Assembly (NCBI RefSeq): GCF_006345805.1
Contig: NC_043001.1
Coordinates: 58,342,001 to 58,406,000, forward strand
DNA: 64,000 nt
Reading direction: 5' to 3'
Source of the DNA: Octopus sinensis
Taxonomy: Eukaryota
Below, piece after piece: positions 40,497 through 54,315 of this stretch (position 1 is the first letter of the stretch; every line of letters starts with the position of its first letter). A program made the position numbers and the translations under genes. The notes below the pieces were generated by a model. The model worked only from the letters and a program-made list of their open reading frames with translations, was not told where the DNA came from and did not search any database.

Positions 40497-40915
40497 AGAA
40501 ATATTGCATTTCTAAATCCCTCAGAGAGACTTATACTGTAGCAGCACGATAAAACGATTGTTTGTTGACAACTTAATATCCCATGAAGGCGAAGAATGCT
40601 ACTGCTATTTAGCCCCAGGAAATACCGTTCCCAATTGGCTATGTAACACAAGCGCTCTGTGTCCTTTTTTTTCAAACACTCTAGACTGATGAAGAGCAAT
40701 GACTCCGAAATTAGTCCCTGAGAGCTGGCTTTGCTGGGTGGAGGTACTTATCTCCCCTGTTTGAAAACATAAGGACACAGAACCTTTGTGTCACATAGCC
40801 AACTGGAAACGGTGTTTCCTGAGGCTAAATAGTAGTAGCATTCTTCCCTTTCCTGGGACTTCAACATTAAGTTGGTAACAAACCAGCACTTTAATGCTAG
40901 AAGTGTATCGTATAA
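40497..40915. mobile_element. Inverted pair of Penelope-like 3' ends (fold-back) with central hammerhead
   Basis: 40497-40678 and 40758-40915 are reverse-complement homologs separated by a ~79-nt spacer. Confidence 0.8.
40679..40724 (+). ncRNA. Minimal type-I hammerhead-like motif (slightly decayed)
   Basis: CTCTAGA-CTGATGA(40686-92)-A-GAG-CAATGA-CTC-C-GAAA(40707-10)-TTAG-TC-CCTGAGAG. Stem III ATTAGT is one change from the palindrome ACTAGT; GTC triplet. Confidence 0.6.
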
Positions 40916-40929
40916 AATTATGAAATATT

Positions 40930-42760
40930 AAACGAAAACAAAACAAACATTCTATATGGAAGAAATTTGTTGACAAGAAATCAAGGATTTCATACAATAA
41001 GCACATTGATTAAGCGAATGACAATACGAAGCATTTGAAAGTAACACGAGCAAATGATTCGACCATGGAAGATTTGTCATTATCAGTGAAGATGAGAAAC
41101 GAAACATTGTGATACCGTTGAAGGAACATCTAAATATTTCAGAAAGTATAAAGCCATTAAATTTCAGAAACATTAACAATATTATCTACCAGTTGAAACC
41201 AAAGCGTAATTATTTATTAAATCATATGAAATTCTAAATGTTAGTTACATCTGCAATTTAATCTAAGCTGCTTCTGTAGGCATCAGTGAAAATTTGGTCG
41301 TAAAACATGCAGAGAAGAAAGAAAAAAGTTCTTGAGTGGTAAAAATGGATTTCAGGCGACAACAACATAGAGGGATACTTCAGCAAGATTGAAAGCAGGA
41401 AAAAACTTAACTTACATATCAATCAAATCGTTTATGCAAAATTAATCGAGCTGAAGCATTACATTGTGAACGTGTATGTGTTTAAACGTAACAGTCTTGT
41501 CGCGAAAACATATAATCAATTGGTGTGGGACGCATTACTACTTTTTAAAGACAAAATCTCCAGAAAGTGAGCAAAGATTATCTGTTTAGTGCATGTGAGA
41601 ACACTCATTTTTATATGACATGGATGGACTGCATAAAGTCTTACGATGTGGCACTCCATCATTGAGATATGGAGATCCTGAAGACTTTGGAATGGCCAAA
41701 ACATACTGAAATCGTCAGTGCTAGTATGGAATGATAGTGAACACGAAATCACTGAGAAGTGTAGCTATTAAAATACGAATCTTCCTGGTTAATGCTTTTA
41801 ACCTCTTCATATTTGTTATCATGCTATTTGCATATTTCAGTGACTTAGAAATCGTAACATCGGATATAAAACAGGAAGAATGCACCCTTCTTGAATTGCC
41901 TATTTTTCATTGCTGACTTAAAGACATATTCAAACTTTGAAAAATATACCAGTTCCTTTGTGAATACAGTTCGTGTGGATATCAGTGATATTGGAATAGT
42001 GTTCTGTTTATCAAAATGTGCGGCTTTAACAATGAGAATAGAGAATACGACTCATTTTAATGAAACAAACGTATCAAACACATGGGTTTTAAAACTTGAT
42101 GACAATGAATAAAAATATCTAGGCCTGCGAGGAATCGATAGCGTTATGTATAAGGAAATAAAGGAAGAAGTGAAAACAATATATTGGAAGAGATTAAAGT
42201 CCAAACATAATTCAAGTAATTTGATAAATGGGATCAATATACGGTCAGCTGCCATCTTATAGTGCTTGCATAGTGAAGTTGCCGAAAGATGAAATAGATG
42301 CCTAAAACAGAAAAACGATAAGAGGCCTAACTATACCTAGAGTGCTTCATTCAAAGGTGAATGTCATCCTTTGGACCTGAATATGAAAACGAGAAGGAAA
42401 GAGCTTTGTGATTGTGTGGATGAGGAGCAAAGTTCAGAAATCTCACTACCATGCAAAGAATGAAGAACCACTTAAACATGCTGCTACAGAACTAGGGCAA
42501 ACTTATGCTGAATTTAAAAAGAGGAAAGCCCATCAAAGCGGGATAATTTTTTGAAAACATTAGAAGATATTCAGAAGAAAAAATGAGCAAGAAATCGTGA
42601 GTTATGGCCTGAATGGCTCCGTAGGAGAGACTGAAACAAAGAAACTGAGAGTTTATTTTTACTTTCTCTAAATCACGCTTTAAGAATTAGTTTATATTGC
42701 CAACATATTAAGTTATACACGCCCCTTTGTAATCAGGTACCAGAAAATATTAACCTGTTT
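40930..42760 (+). mobile_element. Heavily decayed R4/Dong RT fragment
   Basis: CLFFIADLKTY (YMDD region), SDIGIVFCLSKCA, *KYLG, LINGINIRS, RRD*NKETESLF. Confidence 0.75.
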
Positions 42761-42949
42761 CTGCAGCCAGCAAAAGATTAAAAATATAAAAAATAAAAAT
42801 AAAAATGTAAATTATATAAAAATATAAATATAAATATAAATGGCGGTGCCCCAGCATGGCCACAGCTCATGAGCTGAAACTAGAATCAATCATAAACATA
42901 AAAATATAAATGACGTCCACGAAATGCTGGAGATGTCGTAGCCTCAGTG

Positions 42950-44300
42950 AATGTCTCCGTATGATTATCCATAGCATGACCAGTCTTCCACAGTGAATGT
43001 TGACATCAACTAAACCATCTGAATAGTGGAAAGTGACCCTTCACAAAAAAGCGGAATATCAATCCCTGTATTCTCATTAGCCCTAAATTGCGGCAAGGTA
43101 TTTCAGTCGGTTGTAGATTACAGATGCAATTAAGGCATACACCAATCTCGCTCGGCCATTCAAGGAAGTTTAGCTCTCGCCCCAATTGTTGTCGAGACTA
43201 GCGACTCTGATTCGTCACTTCTTGTTGTAAGAGACTGGTGTTGCCGATTTCATGAAATTTTGAGGTTCTTTGGGAAGAGCTGGCTCTTACTTTCGGACTT
43301 TCAACGTCATTGTAGAATCTTCCCCTTAATATCTTATATGTACCTAAATTCTGCCTTATTAATTTCAAATTTTTTGACACTTTCATAAATTTATACCTGA
43401 CGATCTCTCCATATATCTTAATATTTTCCTTAAGTACGATAAACAAGGCTAATTTTATTGTTTCGTTTTACGTATCCACACAAAATGTTGGTGGGATATG
43501 TGTTTTTGTATATGTTGGACTGTCACTGATGTTGTTCCTGTGTCTGTATTCCTTTTCCTGCAGGTGACGTTAGTGATGGTGCAGTGGAGTTCCTGTTGCT
43601 ATAGATGTGTCTCTTGCTTGGTTCATGCTGCTGTGATCATATGATTTGTTTTCAGGGGGGTTAGACTTAAAAAAGAATTTGTGTCCTTTATTTATATACT
43701 TATCGGTTTACTCTGCACATTATAACTTCCTAGCCCCATTTCCTCTCCACATTTTCACGTCGGAAAATCCAATGCGGGTAATGGTGGATGTATGCTTCTG
43801 TGTGTAGCCATGTGTATGGTTGTGCTTGAAAAGCAAAAGCAGAGAGTGAGAGAGAGAGAGAAAGAGAGAGCGAGAGAGAGAGAGAGGAGAGGTAATAAGA
43901 GAGAGTATGGAATAGAGGATGTTTGGTTAGAGTTTTTCTGAAGTGTAACGATTTGGTCTTGATGCTGTGGTTGTCGCTTTTTGTGTTGCTATTTTTGGTT
44001 TTCTTCCTAGCTTTCATGCTTCAGTTGTTCCTTATCAGCCGCTGCTAATGCAATTATTTTTAGTCTTGGTGCTGCTGCTGTTTTCGTTCCCTTCGCTGTA
44101 TCTGCGGCTTCTACTGTTGTTACAACCATACGCTGTCCTTGCTGTGGAGGCTCTAGTGTTGAATGTTTTGTGGAACTCAACTGCCTTTTTTTTAGATATC
44201 TCTTAACTGGCCATCAACTCTATTCAAAAAGGATATTGGCCATTTGTCTTCAAATGTCAATGAGTTCTGAGTTATTCATATGTTTGACGCAGGAGAAAGT
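42950..44300 (-). mobile_element. Decayed Tx1/L1 remnant (RT C-terminal piece plus ORF1-like low-complexity region)
   Basis: 42950-43280 minus gives EVTN/RVASLDNNWARAKL/LNGRARLVYALIASVIYNRL, homologous to 8520-8780. The ORF1 assignment of 43480-44300 rests on composition only. Confidence 0.55.
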
Positions 44301-44624
44301 GCTACTGCTGTACAAAACAGGTCAACAGCAGCCACCTGATGTGCAACCAGGTAAAAGTAGTACAGTGACTGTGTGGTAAATATAGACCGGATAGGGTAGA
44401 GACTTGTAATGAGCAAATACAAGAGGTAAATGAGAATGACACGGTAAGCATACCCTCGTACGTAATGACCCAATGTGGTCAGGAGATTGAAAATCGAAAG
44501 TCGCATATAGTGGTTGAGAATAAAGCGAAAGGAACAAAGCTTCTTAATCGTTTATATTGCATGTCCGAGTCATGAGAGAGTAGCGGAACGACAGGAAGAG
44601 AAGCAGATCAGATATGATATATTT

Positions 44625-45130
44625 AACCCGCACTTTCCATAGTCTATGTAGTTCAATAGCTAGGGCACGGTATTTGCTATATTTTCTATTATTTTCATCA
44701 TCTAGGACGGTTAAGTAAATTCTGTGGTACTTTCTATTCTCTTTATCTATTACTACTAAACCAGACTTTCTACCTTCTTTTACTCTGTAAGTCTAAATGC
44801 TAAAGTCCCACAGCATCTTATATTTCTTACTTTCTAGTTATTTGCTAGGTTCCTCTTTATACCATTTATCAGTGTGTTCACATCTTAGCTTTCTACATAA
44901 TTCCCACTGGATTACTCTCTCTAGGTTGTCATGTCTTTTCTTGTATTCTTGTGTGACAGTATGCTACAATACTTACTATATGTGTAACGCTTTCTTCTTT
45001 TCATTTGCATTACCTACATTGGGAATCTAGTTAGTTTTTATCTGCCTTAGCTTTTATCCAATTAGTCCTTAATGCTTAACCTTATACAGCTACTAACAAA
45101 TAGCAACATGCTCTCTCCCTATTTCTTTCT
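44625..45130 (-). mobile_element. R4/Dong RLE-domain fragment, antisense to the main array
   Basis: ESVTHIVS; EYKKRHDNLERVIQWELCRK; RKSGLVVIDKENRK; YSKYRALAIELHRLWKV. Confidence 0.8.
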
Positions 45131-45599
45131 TCCTCTTCCTTTCTTTTGTGCAACCATTACCATATCTCACTATTACTATTTGCTAAAGCTTTCTTTGGGA
45201 ATCTACTATGCAACGCATTCCCCTGATGCATCTACAACAGGCCGTGAAAAAACAGCAATATGCATATATATAGAGGTCTTGTATAAATATATATATATAT
45301 ATATATAAGGTATTAAAATATGAAATTGTATAAATATGTTTAAGAAATTAATATCTTAAATTTTACTCACAGGTTTGCAGTTTTCATATATAAATATTGC
45401 TGTGTTTACATTTTTACGCACCTGTGTTTACATTTTCCCGCCTATTTTGCTATATCCGTACAAATGGGAGAATCTTTTTCTTGTATAGATGTACTCCATA
45501 TAAGAAAAAAACCTATTTCAGTTTCCTCATTAAGAGATAGTTTTCTTTCATTGGTTCATTGAAGCTGCTGGCCTTGATGGAATTAACCTTGACGTTATC

Positions 45600-45845
45600 A
45601 TGAGGTGCAGTCAGGATTAAATAGTACACGATTTTCCGAAGAAGTACAGACATAACCAAGAAAGTCAAGATCAGTGTCCGTGATTGTCTTGATACTAATC
45701 CCAGAGTCACGTAAATTCAGCAATGAAACTGCTTACAGAGGAGTTGCACTGTCTAATATCCCACTCAAAGTTATCAACCGAATAATCCTCAACAGGATTC
45801 AACCGGTGCTTCGTAGCCTTCCAAAACCTAACCAAAATGGAAATT
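45600..45845 (+). mobile_element. RTE-clade LINE RT fragment
   Basis: LILIPESRKFSNETAYRGVALSNIPLKVINRIILNRIQP...NQNG (YRGISL / NQNGF region). Confidence 0.7.
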
Positions 45846-46247
45846 GTAGAGATGTTAAAACAAGGAACATCTCAAATAATGTTCAGATCACTCTATGAAC
45901 ATTCCTGATGCTCATACAATTACTGGTGTTGTAACGACCTTGAGATTCTACATTTTCAGTTTCTTTGAGAAAATCTTCATGTTGCGTAGAGTTTCAGTGG
46001 CAGAGTGACCCAACATGTATTCGTACAAGAAAATTACCCGGTATTGTTCAGATGTCAACATTGTCATAAGAGGTATGGGTAGCAATTTGGATAATAGTAT
46101 TGTCTACAAAGGAAAAGATTTAAGAGTAAACAGAAGCATGTGCATAGAAACTCATTTAAATTCCATTTCTAGATGCTCATTAGTAACCCATTTAAACTAC
46201 ATATTATAATCGCAAGGAATACTCACGCCTATCAACTATACTACTAT

Positions 46248-46319
<72 letters not shown>

Positions 46320-46338
46320 CACTACTACTACTACTACT

Positions 46339-46974
46339 ACCAAAACATGTAATGAAAAGAAATATAACAAGTAACTGCAGAATATATGGAGATGGACAAG
46401 AAATGATAAATCAGTCCTGGCTGAGAATGAATATATTCACAGACACGACAGAGTTGGGTCCTACATACACTGGAAGCTATGCCAACATTATGGAATAACG
46501 ACAGAAAAAAGATGATATAGGCACACACCAGAAAAGGTCACAGAAAACGAGAAAGCAACCATACAGAGAGAGAAATTAAGGCCAACAGACCAGATATAGT
46601 TGTCAGAGATCAAGATGTATCAATACCAGCAGATGACAACATTTCTCTAAAAGAAATGGCGAAACTTTCAAAATACAAAGACCTGGAAATAGAGGTAACT
46701 AGAATATGGAATCTCAAAACAGAAACAATTTCTATCATAGTAGGTGCATTATGCATGATAAAAAAATATTCAGACAAATACATAACAAAACCACCAGGAC
46801 TTACAAACACATATAAGACACAGACAATTGCACTACTAGGCACTGCACGCATCCTACGCAGAACACTTTCCATACAATAACCATCAGAGCATCTCAACAA
46901 ATCACAGCACATACCCAAGGCACACAGAGCTGCGCTCGGGAGTGAGGTGAAAGCACGCTATAAAAATAAAACTA

Positions 46975-46977
<3 letters not shown>
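46339..46977 (+). mobile_element. R4/Dong subfamily C 3' fragment
   Basis: HRHDRVGSYIHWKLC; ANRPDIVV; LSKYKDLEIEVTRIW...ILRRTLSIQ*; 3' UTR ending ACTACTG then (AAT)n; preceded by (CTA)n 46245-46340. Confidence 0.92.
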
Positions 46978-47024
<47 letters not shown>

Positions 47025-47117
47025 GAAGAAAAGAAGAAGAAGAAGAAGAAGAAGAAGAAGAAGAAGAAGAAGAAGAAGAGAAGAAGAAGAAGGGGAAGAA
47101 GAAGGAGAAAAAGAAGA

Positions 47118-47438
<321 letters not shown>

Positions 47439-47597
47439 GATAATAATAATAAAAGAAGAGACGAAGAAGAAGAGAGAAGAAGAAGAAGAAGAAGAAGAAA
47501 AGAAGAAGAAGAAGAAAAGAAGAAGAAGAAGAAAAGAAGAAGAAAAAGAAGAAGAAGAAGAAGAAGAAGAAGAAGAAGAAGAAGAAGAAGAAGAAGA

Positions 47598-48461
47598 ATC
47601 TCTAAAACAACTGAAAAGATCAAGAAAAGCCCTTTCAGGATAAATATTGTGTTAAACGAAACAGAAAATAGAGAAAGCAAAATCCCAACAAATGCTGAGA
47701 AGCTCAGGATTCAAAGCAGAGACTGAAGGATTTTCAATTGCAGCATAAGACCAAAACGTTCCCACCAGAATTTACCAAAAACATGCTATGAAAAGAAATA
47801 CAATTAACTGCTGAATATGTGGAGATGAAGAAGAAACAATAAATCATATTGCCTCTGGCTGCCCAATCCTGGCTAAGAAGGAATATGTTCACAGACACGA
47901 CAGAGTTGGAGACCTATATACACTGGAAGCTGTGTAAACACTATGGAATAACAAGAGAAAAAAGATGGTATAGGCACACGTCAGTAAAAAGTCATAGAAA
48001 ATGAGAAAGCAACCATACTATGGGACATGTCAATGCACACAGACAAGAGGATTTAAGGCCTACAGGCCGGATATAGTTATCATAGATTGTCAAGAAATTG
48101 ATGTATCAATACCAACAGATGAGAACGTTTCTCTAAAAAAACGGAGAAAGTTTCAAAAAACAAAGATCTGGATACAGATTTAACTCAAACGTGTAGTCTA
48201 TAAAGAGAAACAATTCCTGTCATAGTAAGATCATTAGGTATGATAAACATATTCATACAACTACTTAACAAAAACACCCGGACTAACAAATGCATATAAC
48301 ATACAAAAAAAAAGAATTACTAGGCACCGCACACATCCTACGTAAAACATTCTGAATACAGTAAAAATATGAGCATCACAACAAACCACAGTACGCAACA
48401 AGGGCACACAGAGCTGAGCTCGTTAGTTGACGGAAAGCTTGTGATACACATAAGACTACTG
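47598..48461 (+). mobile_element. R4/Dong subfamily C-related 3' fragment (more diverged)
   Basis: GFKAETEGF; C*ICGDEEETINHIASGC; HRHDRVG; YRPDIVIID; 3' UTR homologous to 46880-46977. Confidence 0.9.
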
Positions 48462-48509
48462 AATAATAGTAATGATGATGATAATAATAATAATGATAAT
48501 AATTAAAAA

Positions 48510-48670
48510 AAATTTTTTTTTAGACATTCATTAGTACAACACCCCCACCCCCCAAATATATGGCACACTAGGCATAACAACAACATGAACTTCCAACCCT
48601 GTTGTCTCTTGAGGTCTCTGGGTGAGACTTGGAGCCAACTTGTACAAATATAAAGCAAAAGTCAAACATA

Positions 48671-48671
<1 letters not shown>
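48510..48671 (+). mobile_element. 5'-truncated 3' UTR-only copy of R4/Dong element A
   Basis: Near-identical to 58625-58780, followed by (AAT)n. Confidence 0.92.
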
Positions 48672-48729
<58 letters not shown>

Positions 48730-48789
48730 GTAATTATTATAATTATTATTATTAGTAGTAGTAGTATTAATAGTAGTAGTATTAGTAGC

Positions 48790-48826
<37 letters not shown>

Positions 48827-48989
48827 ATAGTGGTGGTAGTAGTAGTAGAAGTAGAAGTAGTAGTAGTAGTAGTATCACTATCAGCATCATTATTGTTGTT
48901 ATTATTCTTCTTCTTATTATTATTATTACTATTATTATAATACTAATAACATTACTACTACTACTACTACTACACTACTACTACTACTA

Positions 48990-49051
<62 letters not shown>

Positions 49052-49122
49052 TAATAATAATAATATATAATAATAATATAATAATAATAATAATAATAAT
49101 ATAATAATAATAATAATAATAA

Positions 49123-49622
49123 TGGAAGTGTCATCATGTACATTGTTTTGTCTTGGTATAAAAGATGGGCTACAGCAAATATTCTGCTCAATACCACAGA
49201 TTTGCTTGTCAGTTGTTTGACCTTAACCAGTTGAGCATGTCCCTTAGTGGTTGACAATACGTGCATCTCTGATCACGAGCAGAAGTAGTGGGGGAGCATC
49301 ATAGCCATGTGTTGAGAGGGATTCTTTGGAGTTTGAATAATTCACCTCTGGAAACAGGTGTTTCGTTCAACATCCTAAAGCAACCCTTATTCAGGGACCT
49401 TTTGAGCAGGATGGGCTACTCGCCCTGAAGAAAATTCTAACTGGACCCCACCTGCAAGGTCATGTGCTGTTTATATTGATATGAGATCACCATGTCGCGC
49501 ACATATGGTTGTGATGCATGTGCCTGGTGTACCTTTATCAGACGGGTAGTCATGATTGGTATGCTGGGCTTCGTATATTTTACCCCAGTGTCACTTTGAT
49601 GGCATGCACTGCTCTCTCACTC
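49123..49622 (+). mobile_element. ~555-bp non-coding TAA-associated element, 5'-truncated copy
   Basis: Collinear with ~59322-59822; (AAT)n on both sides. Confidence 0.88.
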
Positions 49623-49627
49623 AATAA

Positions 49628-49709
<82 letters not shown>

Positions 49710-49719
49710 GTAATAGTAA

Positions 49720-51178
49720 TGCTACGCAGTACATGAAAGAGTAGCAACCCAACTGAATGAACATGTCCAGAAAAGTACAGCCCCCGGGTGGAATGAGAGA
49801 AAACATCATATTGAAAGATAGAAGAAAGGGAAACATTGTGGGAAACTACCGTCCCATAGCTTGCCTAAACATAATCTGGAAGATACTCACTGGAATATGT
49901 GCGGCAAAGACATATACACTCTTGGCACAGTTAGAAATTATGCCAAGAGAACAAAATGTATTTAGGAAGAATCGTGAGAGTAGCAAGGATCAACTGGTCA
50001 TCAATATAACAGTTTTGAGGCATTGTAAAAAAACATCATAGAAACATGTCTATGACTTAAATTGACTTTAAGAAAACATATGATATGATACCTCATACTT
50101 GGATTATTGAATACCTGCAGAAGTTTGATGTTGCTGACAATATCTGAAATCTTCTGATGCATAGCATGAAAGGGTGGAAAACCAAATTGTACTCAAGTAG
50201 TATATTGAAGTTAATATTAAAAGTGGAATCTTCCAAGGTGACATGTTTTCTCCGTTACTATTTGTAATTGTACTAATACCCATAACAATAACCCTTAGGA
50301 ATGTTAAGACGAGTTACCTATGTAGGAAGAGGGGCCTGTCATTGAGCTATATTCTGTTTATGAATGACCTGAAATTGTGTGGGAAATCTGAAAAAAACAG
50401 AGAGATTCCTTAACCAAAATAGTCCAGAATTGTATTAGGCACATCGGCATGAAATTTGGGATTACCGAAATCTTAGTACTAAATATGGAAAGAGTGAAGA
50501 AACATCCTTGAGATGATTGCGGTTACCGCCAGGAGAGACCATGGGTGAATCCGACGATAGTGGGTACAGATGTTTAGGGATTTGATTTACCGCAATGAAT
50601 ATCTGGGCAGATGCGGTAGTGAGATATAATGCGTCCATCCTCAAATTGACTAAGGAGGAAATTTCAACACTGGATAGGAGGACGATAGATTTGATGACGC
50701 TGCATTGGGCACTACACCCTAAAGCAAACGTAAACAGACTATACATGAAGTGAAAGATTGGTGCCAGAGGGCTATTAGTATAGATCATTCTATAAAGGAT
50801 GAAAGGAGAATACTAGCCGAGCATTTGATAAATAGTGAAGAGCTGCTGCAATATGAGCGAAAGATATGGGTGTAATTGCAGATAAATTGATGGGCAGGGG
50901 AGAATGTAACCAAGGAGCTGAGGAGAAGAGAAAAGAAGACCTTCTTGAAATGATAATGCATGGACAGTTTTAAAGAAATACACTGGTCGTTAAAGATAAT
51001 ACAGCATCATGGGCATGACTTGAGCGAGGTGATTTGAAGCGTACAACCGAAAACCTGATCATTGATGCGCAAGACCAGGCTCTTGCTACCAATACAGTGA
51101 AGTATTACGTCTATAAAACTTCTGACACCCAGAAATCCAGGCTATGTGGAAAGAGTGTGGAAAATGTAACCCACTTTA
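49720..51178 (+). mobile_element. Decayed R4/Dong RT fragment (subfamily D)
   Basis: NYRPIACLNIIWKILT; SKDQLVIN; GIFQGDMFSPLLFV; LFMNDLKL; LIIDAQDQALATN...RLCGKSVENVTH. Confidence 0.9.
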
Positions 51179-51239
51179 TGATAAGGATTAATCCCAAGTC
51201 AGTTCCCTCGTTGATACCGTGTATATTTGCAGTTGCTGC

Positions 51240-52825
51240 TATCAGAATGGGGTTCGGACTAAGAAAGCGTAGTGTATTAGTCTTGAAGAGAGTCAAAATC
51301 AAATGTATTGATGGCCTAACGATACCGTCGGGGGAGGCTATGAAGCAGATAGAAGAGACGAGCTATAAGAACTTGGGGATTTTGAAAATGGATAAATTGA
51401 TGGAGAAAGAAATAGCAGAAAAATTGAAGGTGGAGTACTTGCGCAGACTGAGACTGATCCTTAAGTCGAAATTAAATGGACGGAATAAGATGGAAGCTAT
51501 CAACACCTTGGCGGTTTCACTCCTTAGACATGGAGCAGGGGTAATCGCATGGACTGTAGGAGAACTAAACAACATAGACAGAAAGACAAGGATGTTGCTA
51601 ACTAGATATGGAACACTACACCCAAAAAGCTGAATGTCAGAAACATAATTTCGTCAATTAACTTGCTCGTAGTCGCAGTAGTTCGGTATTGCGCGGGAAT
51701 ACTGAAGTGGACTGTGGAGGAGCTAATGGAGATGGCCGATGTGTCAAGAAATCTCCTAACGATGCATGGATCTTAACATCCAATTGCAGATAGTGATCAC
51801 CTATTAATGAAGAGAGTAAATAGAGGAAGGGTACCGATAATTGCGGAAGGCTGTGTGCGTATCGCACTCCAGAGCTTATTGGGATATCTGCCCGAAAGTA
51901 AGGAAACCTTTCTATTGAGAGTTAGGCACGAGACAGTATTGAGAGCAGAGAAAACGGGGAAAACAAAGGGAAACGTACAAAAAGCATATGAAGAAGATTT
52001 TATTAAGAAGGGAATGCACAGTCAATTCCATGTAGCCACAACCAAAGTTGCTGGAAAAAAGTGGTGGCTATTGGCTGAAGAAAGGAACACTAAAATAAGG
52101 GACTGTGGTCAATATACTGGCAGCGGAGGAGAAAGCTCTGGCTATGATTTGGAAGGTCGACCAGAGGAATGAGCAATTGTCTCCACTGTGCTGCATCTGC
52201 AATAGCGTGGATGAAACCTTTACCCATATCACGAATGTATGCCATAGACATGCCCAAAACCACTACATGACTTTCTCGTGTGCTACTTTGGAAATTTTGC
52301 AAAAATTAGGGGATAGAGAGAGGCAAGACATGGTATGAACATAAACCAGAGAGTTTCACGGAATCGGACACCAGCAAAATCCTCAGAAATTTCAAATTCT
52401 AAAATAATAGGTGCTAGATCATAACAGACCGAACTTCGTAGTGGTGGACAAGGTGCACTACACATGCTATATTTGATGTTGCATGCTCCTTTGACCCACG
52501 AATAGTCAAGAAGGAAGGCGAAAAGTGAGACAGATACCACCCTCTTAAGTACGAAATAGTCCGGCTATGGAAAATGAAGAAGGGGAAGATAGTGCCAATT
52601 ATTGTTGGGTCCTTGGGAACAGTATCAGAAGGCGTGAACAGGAATGTTAAGGAAATTGGAATAGAGGGCCCAGTAAAACTTTTCCAAAAGTTTCACGTCC
52701 TTGGAACAACCGGAATAATCAGGAAAGTATTAGATAGCTGATAATAACGAATAACATAGTACCGATGGTAGTAAGCCCGCTACGCATTCAAGACTCCAGG
52801 GGCTCGAACAAAACCTGTGATAAAC
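51240..52825 (+). mobile_element. Decayed R4/Dong 3' half (probably mosaic of further subfamilies)
   Basis: MGFGLRK...SYKNLGIL...LKSKLNGRNKMEAINT...DRKTR...LHPK; CCICNSVDETFTHI; KYEIVRLW...PIIVGSLG...IIRKVLDS*; then (AAT)/(GAT)n tail. Confidence 0.88.
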
Positions 52826-52839
52826 AAATAATAATAATG

Positions 52840-52882
<43 letters not shown>

Positions 52883-52898
52883 TAATAATAATAATAAA

Positions 52899-53002
<104 letters not shown>

Positions 53003-53008
53003 TAATAA

Positions 53009-53263
53009 ATGCCCTGATGCAGTACCAGACAGTGGCTCTCTTTTGAGCGGGATGGGTTACTCGATCTGAAGAAAATTCTAACTGGGCTCCACCTGCAAGG
53101 TCATGTGCTGTTTATCTTGATATGAGATCACCATGTCGCGCACATATGGTTGTGATGCATGTGCCTAGTGTACCTTTATCAGACGGGTAGTCATGATGGG
53201 TATATTGGGCTTCGTATATTTTACCCCAGTGTCACTTTGATGGCATGGACTGCTCTCTCACTC
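53009..53263 (+). mobile_element. ~555-bp element, internally deleted copy with both termini intact
   Basis: Starts ATGCCCTGATGCAGTACC like 59268, jumps at 53040/53041 to the equivalent of ~59600, and ends CTCTCTCACTC+(AAT)n. Confidence 0.88.
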
Positions 53264-53290
53264 AATAATAATAAAATAATAATAATAGTA

Positions 53291-53358
<68 letters not shown>

Positions 53359-53359
<1 letters not shown>

Positions 53360-53828
53360 GCAACCATACTCTGGGATATGCCGATACACACAGATAGAGA
53401 AATTAAGGCCAACAGACCAGATATAGTTGTCAGAGATCATGAAGAAAAAGAATGCTTTGTAATTGATGTATCAATACCGGCAGATGACAACGTGTCTCTA
53501 AAAGAATTGGAGAAACTCTCAAAATACAAAGACCTGGAAATAGAGGTAACTAGAATGTGGAATCTGAAAACAGAAACAATTCCTATCATAGTAGGTGCAT
53601 TAGGCATGATAAAAACATATTCAGACAAATACATAACAAAAACACCAGGACTTACAAACACATATGACATACAGAAAATTGCACTACTAGGCACTGCACA
53701 CATCCTACGCAGAACACTTTCCATACAATAACCATCAGAGCATCACAACAAATCACAGCACATACCCAAGGCACACAGAGCTGCGCTCGGTAGTGAAGTG
53801 AAAGCACGCTATAAAAATAAAACTACTG
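53359..53828 (+). mobile_element. R4/Dong subfamily C 3' fragment (intact RLE reading frame)
   Basis: ATILWDMPIHTDREIKANRPDIVVRD...IDVSIP...EKLSKYKDLEIE...ILRRTLSIQ*; very similar to 46550-46977. Confidence 0.93.
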
Positions 53829-53978
53829 AATAATAATAATAATATAATAATAATAAATAATAAATAATAATATAATAATAATAATAATAATAATAATATA
53901 ATAATAATATAAAAAAAAAATAATAATAATAATAATAATTATAATAATAATATAATAATAATAATATAATAATAATAA

Positions 53979-54015
<37 letters not shown>

Positions 54016-54037
54016 TAATAAATAATAATAATAATAA

Positions 54038-54106
<69 letters not shown>

Positions 54107-54146
54107 AACAATAACAATAACAATAACAATAATAATAATAATAATA

Positions 54147-54177
<31 letters not shown>

Positions 54178-54178
54178 T

Positions 54179-54248
<70 letters not shown>

Positions 54249-54312
54249 TGATGGTGATGGTGATGTTGCTGATGATGGTGATGGTGGTGAAGATGATAGT
54301 AATAACAATAAT
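53829..54312. repeat. Long compound (AAT)n/(CAA)n/(GAT)n microsatellite; similar tracts at 46978-47117, 47334-47597, 48672-49122, 49623-49719, 52826-53008, 53264-53358, 58781-59267 and 59823-60050
   Basis: Seen directly; these tracts separate the array members. Confidence 0.95.
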
Positions 54313-54315
54313 AAC

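Noticed and set aside
53159-53731. 190-aa ORF with a poly-Ile 'transmembrane' stretch fused to an RLE nuclease domain
   Set aside because: Chance in-frame read-through of three adjacent parts: the 555-bp element 3' end, (ATA)n, and a truncated Dong fragment.
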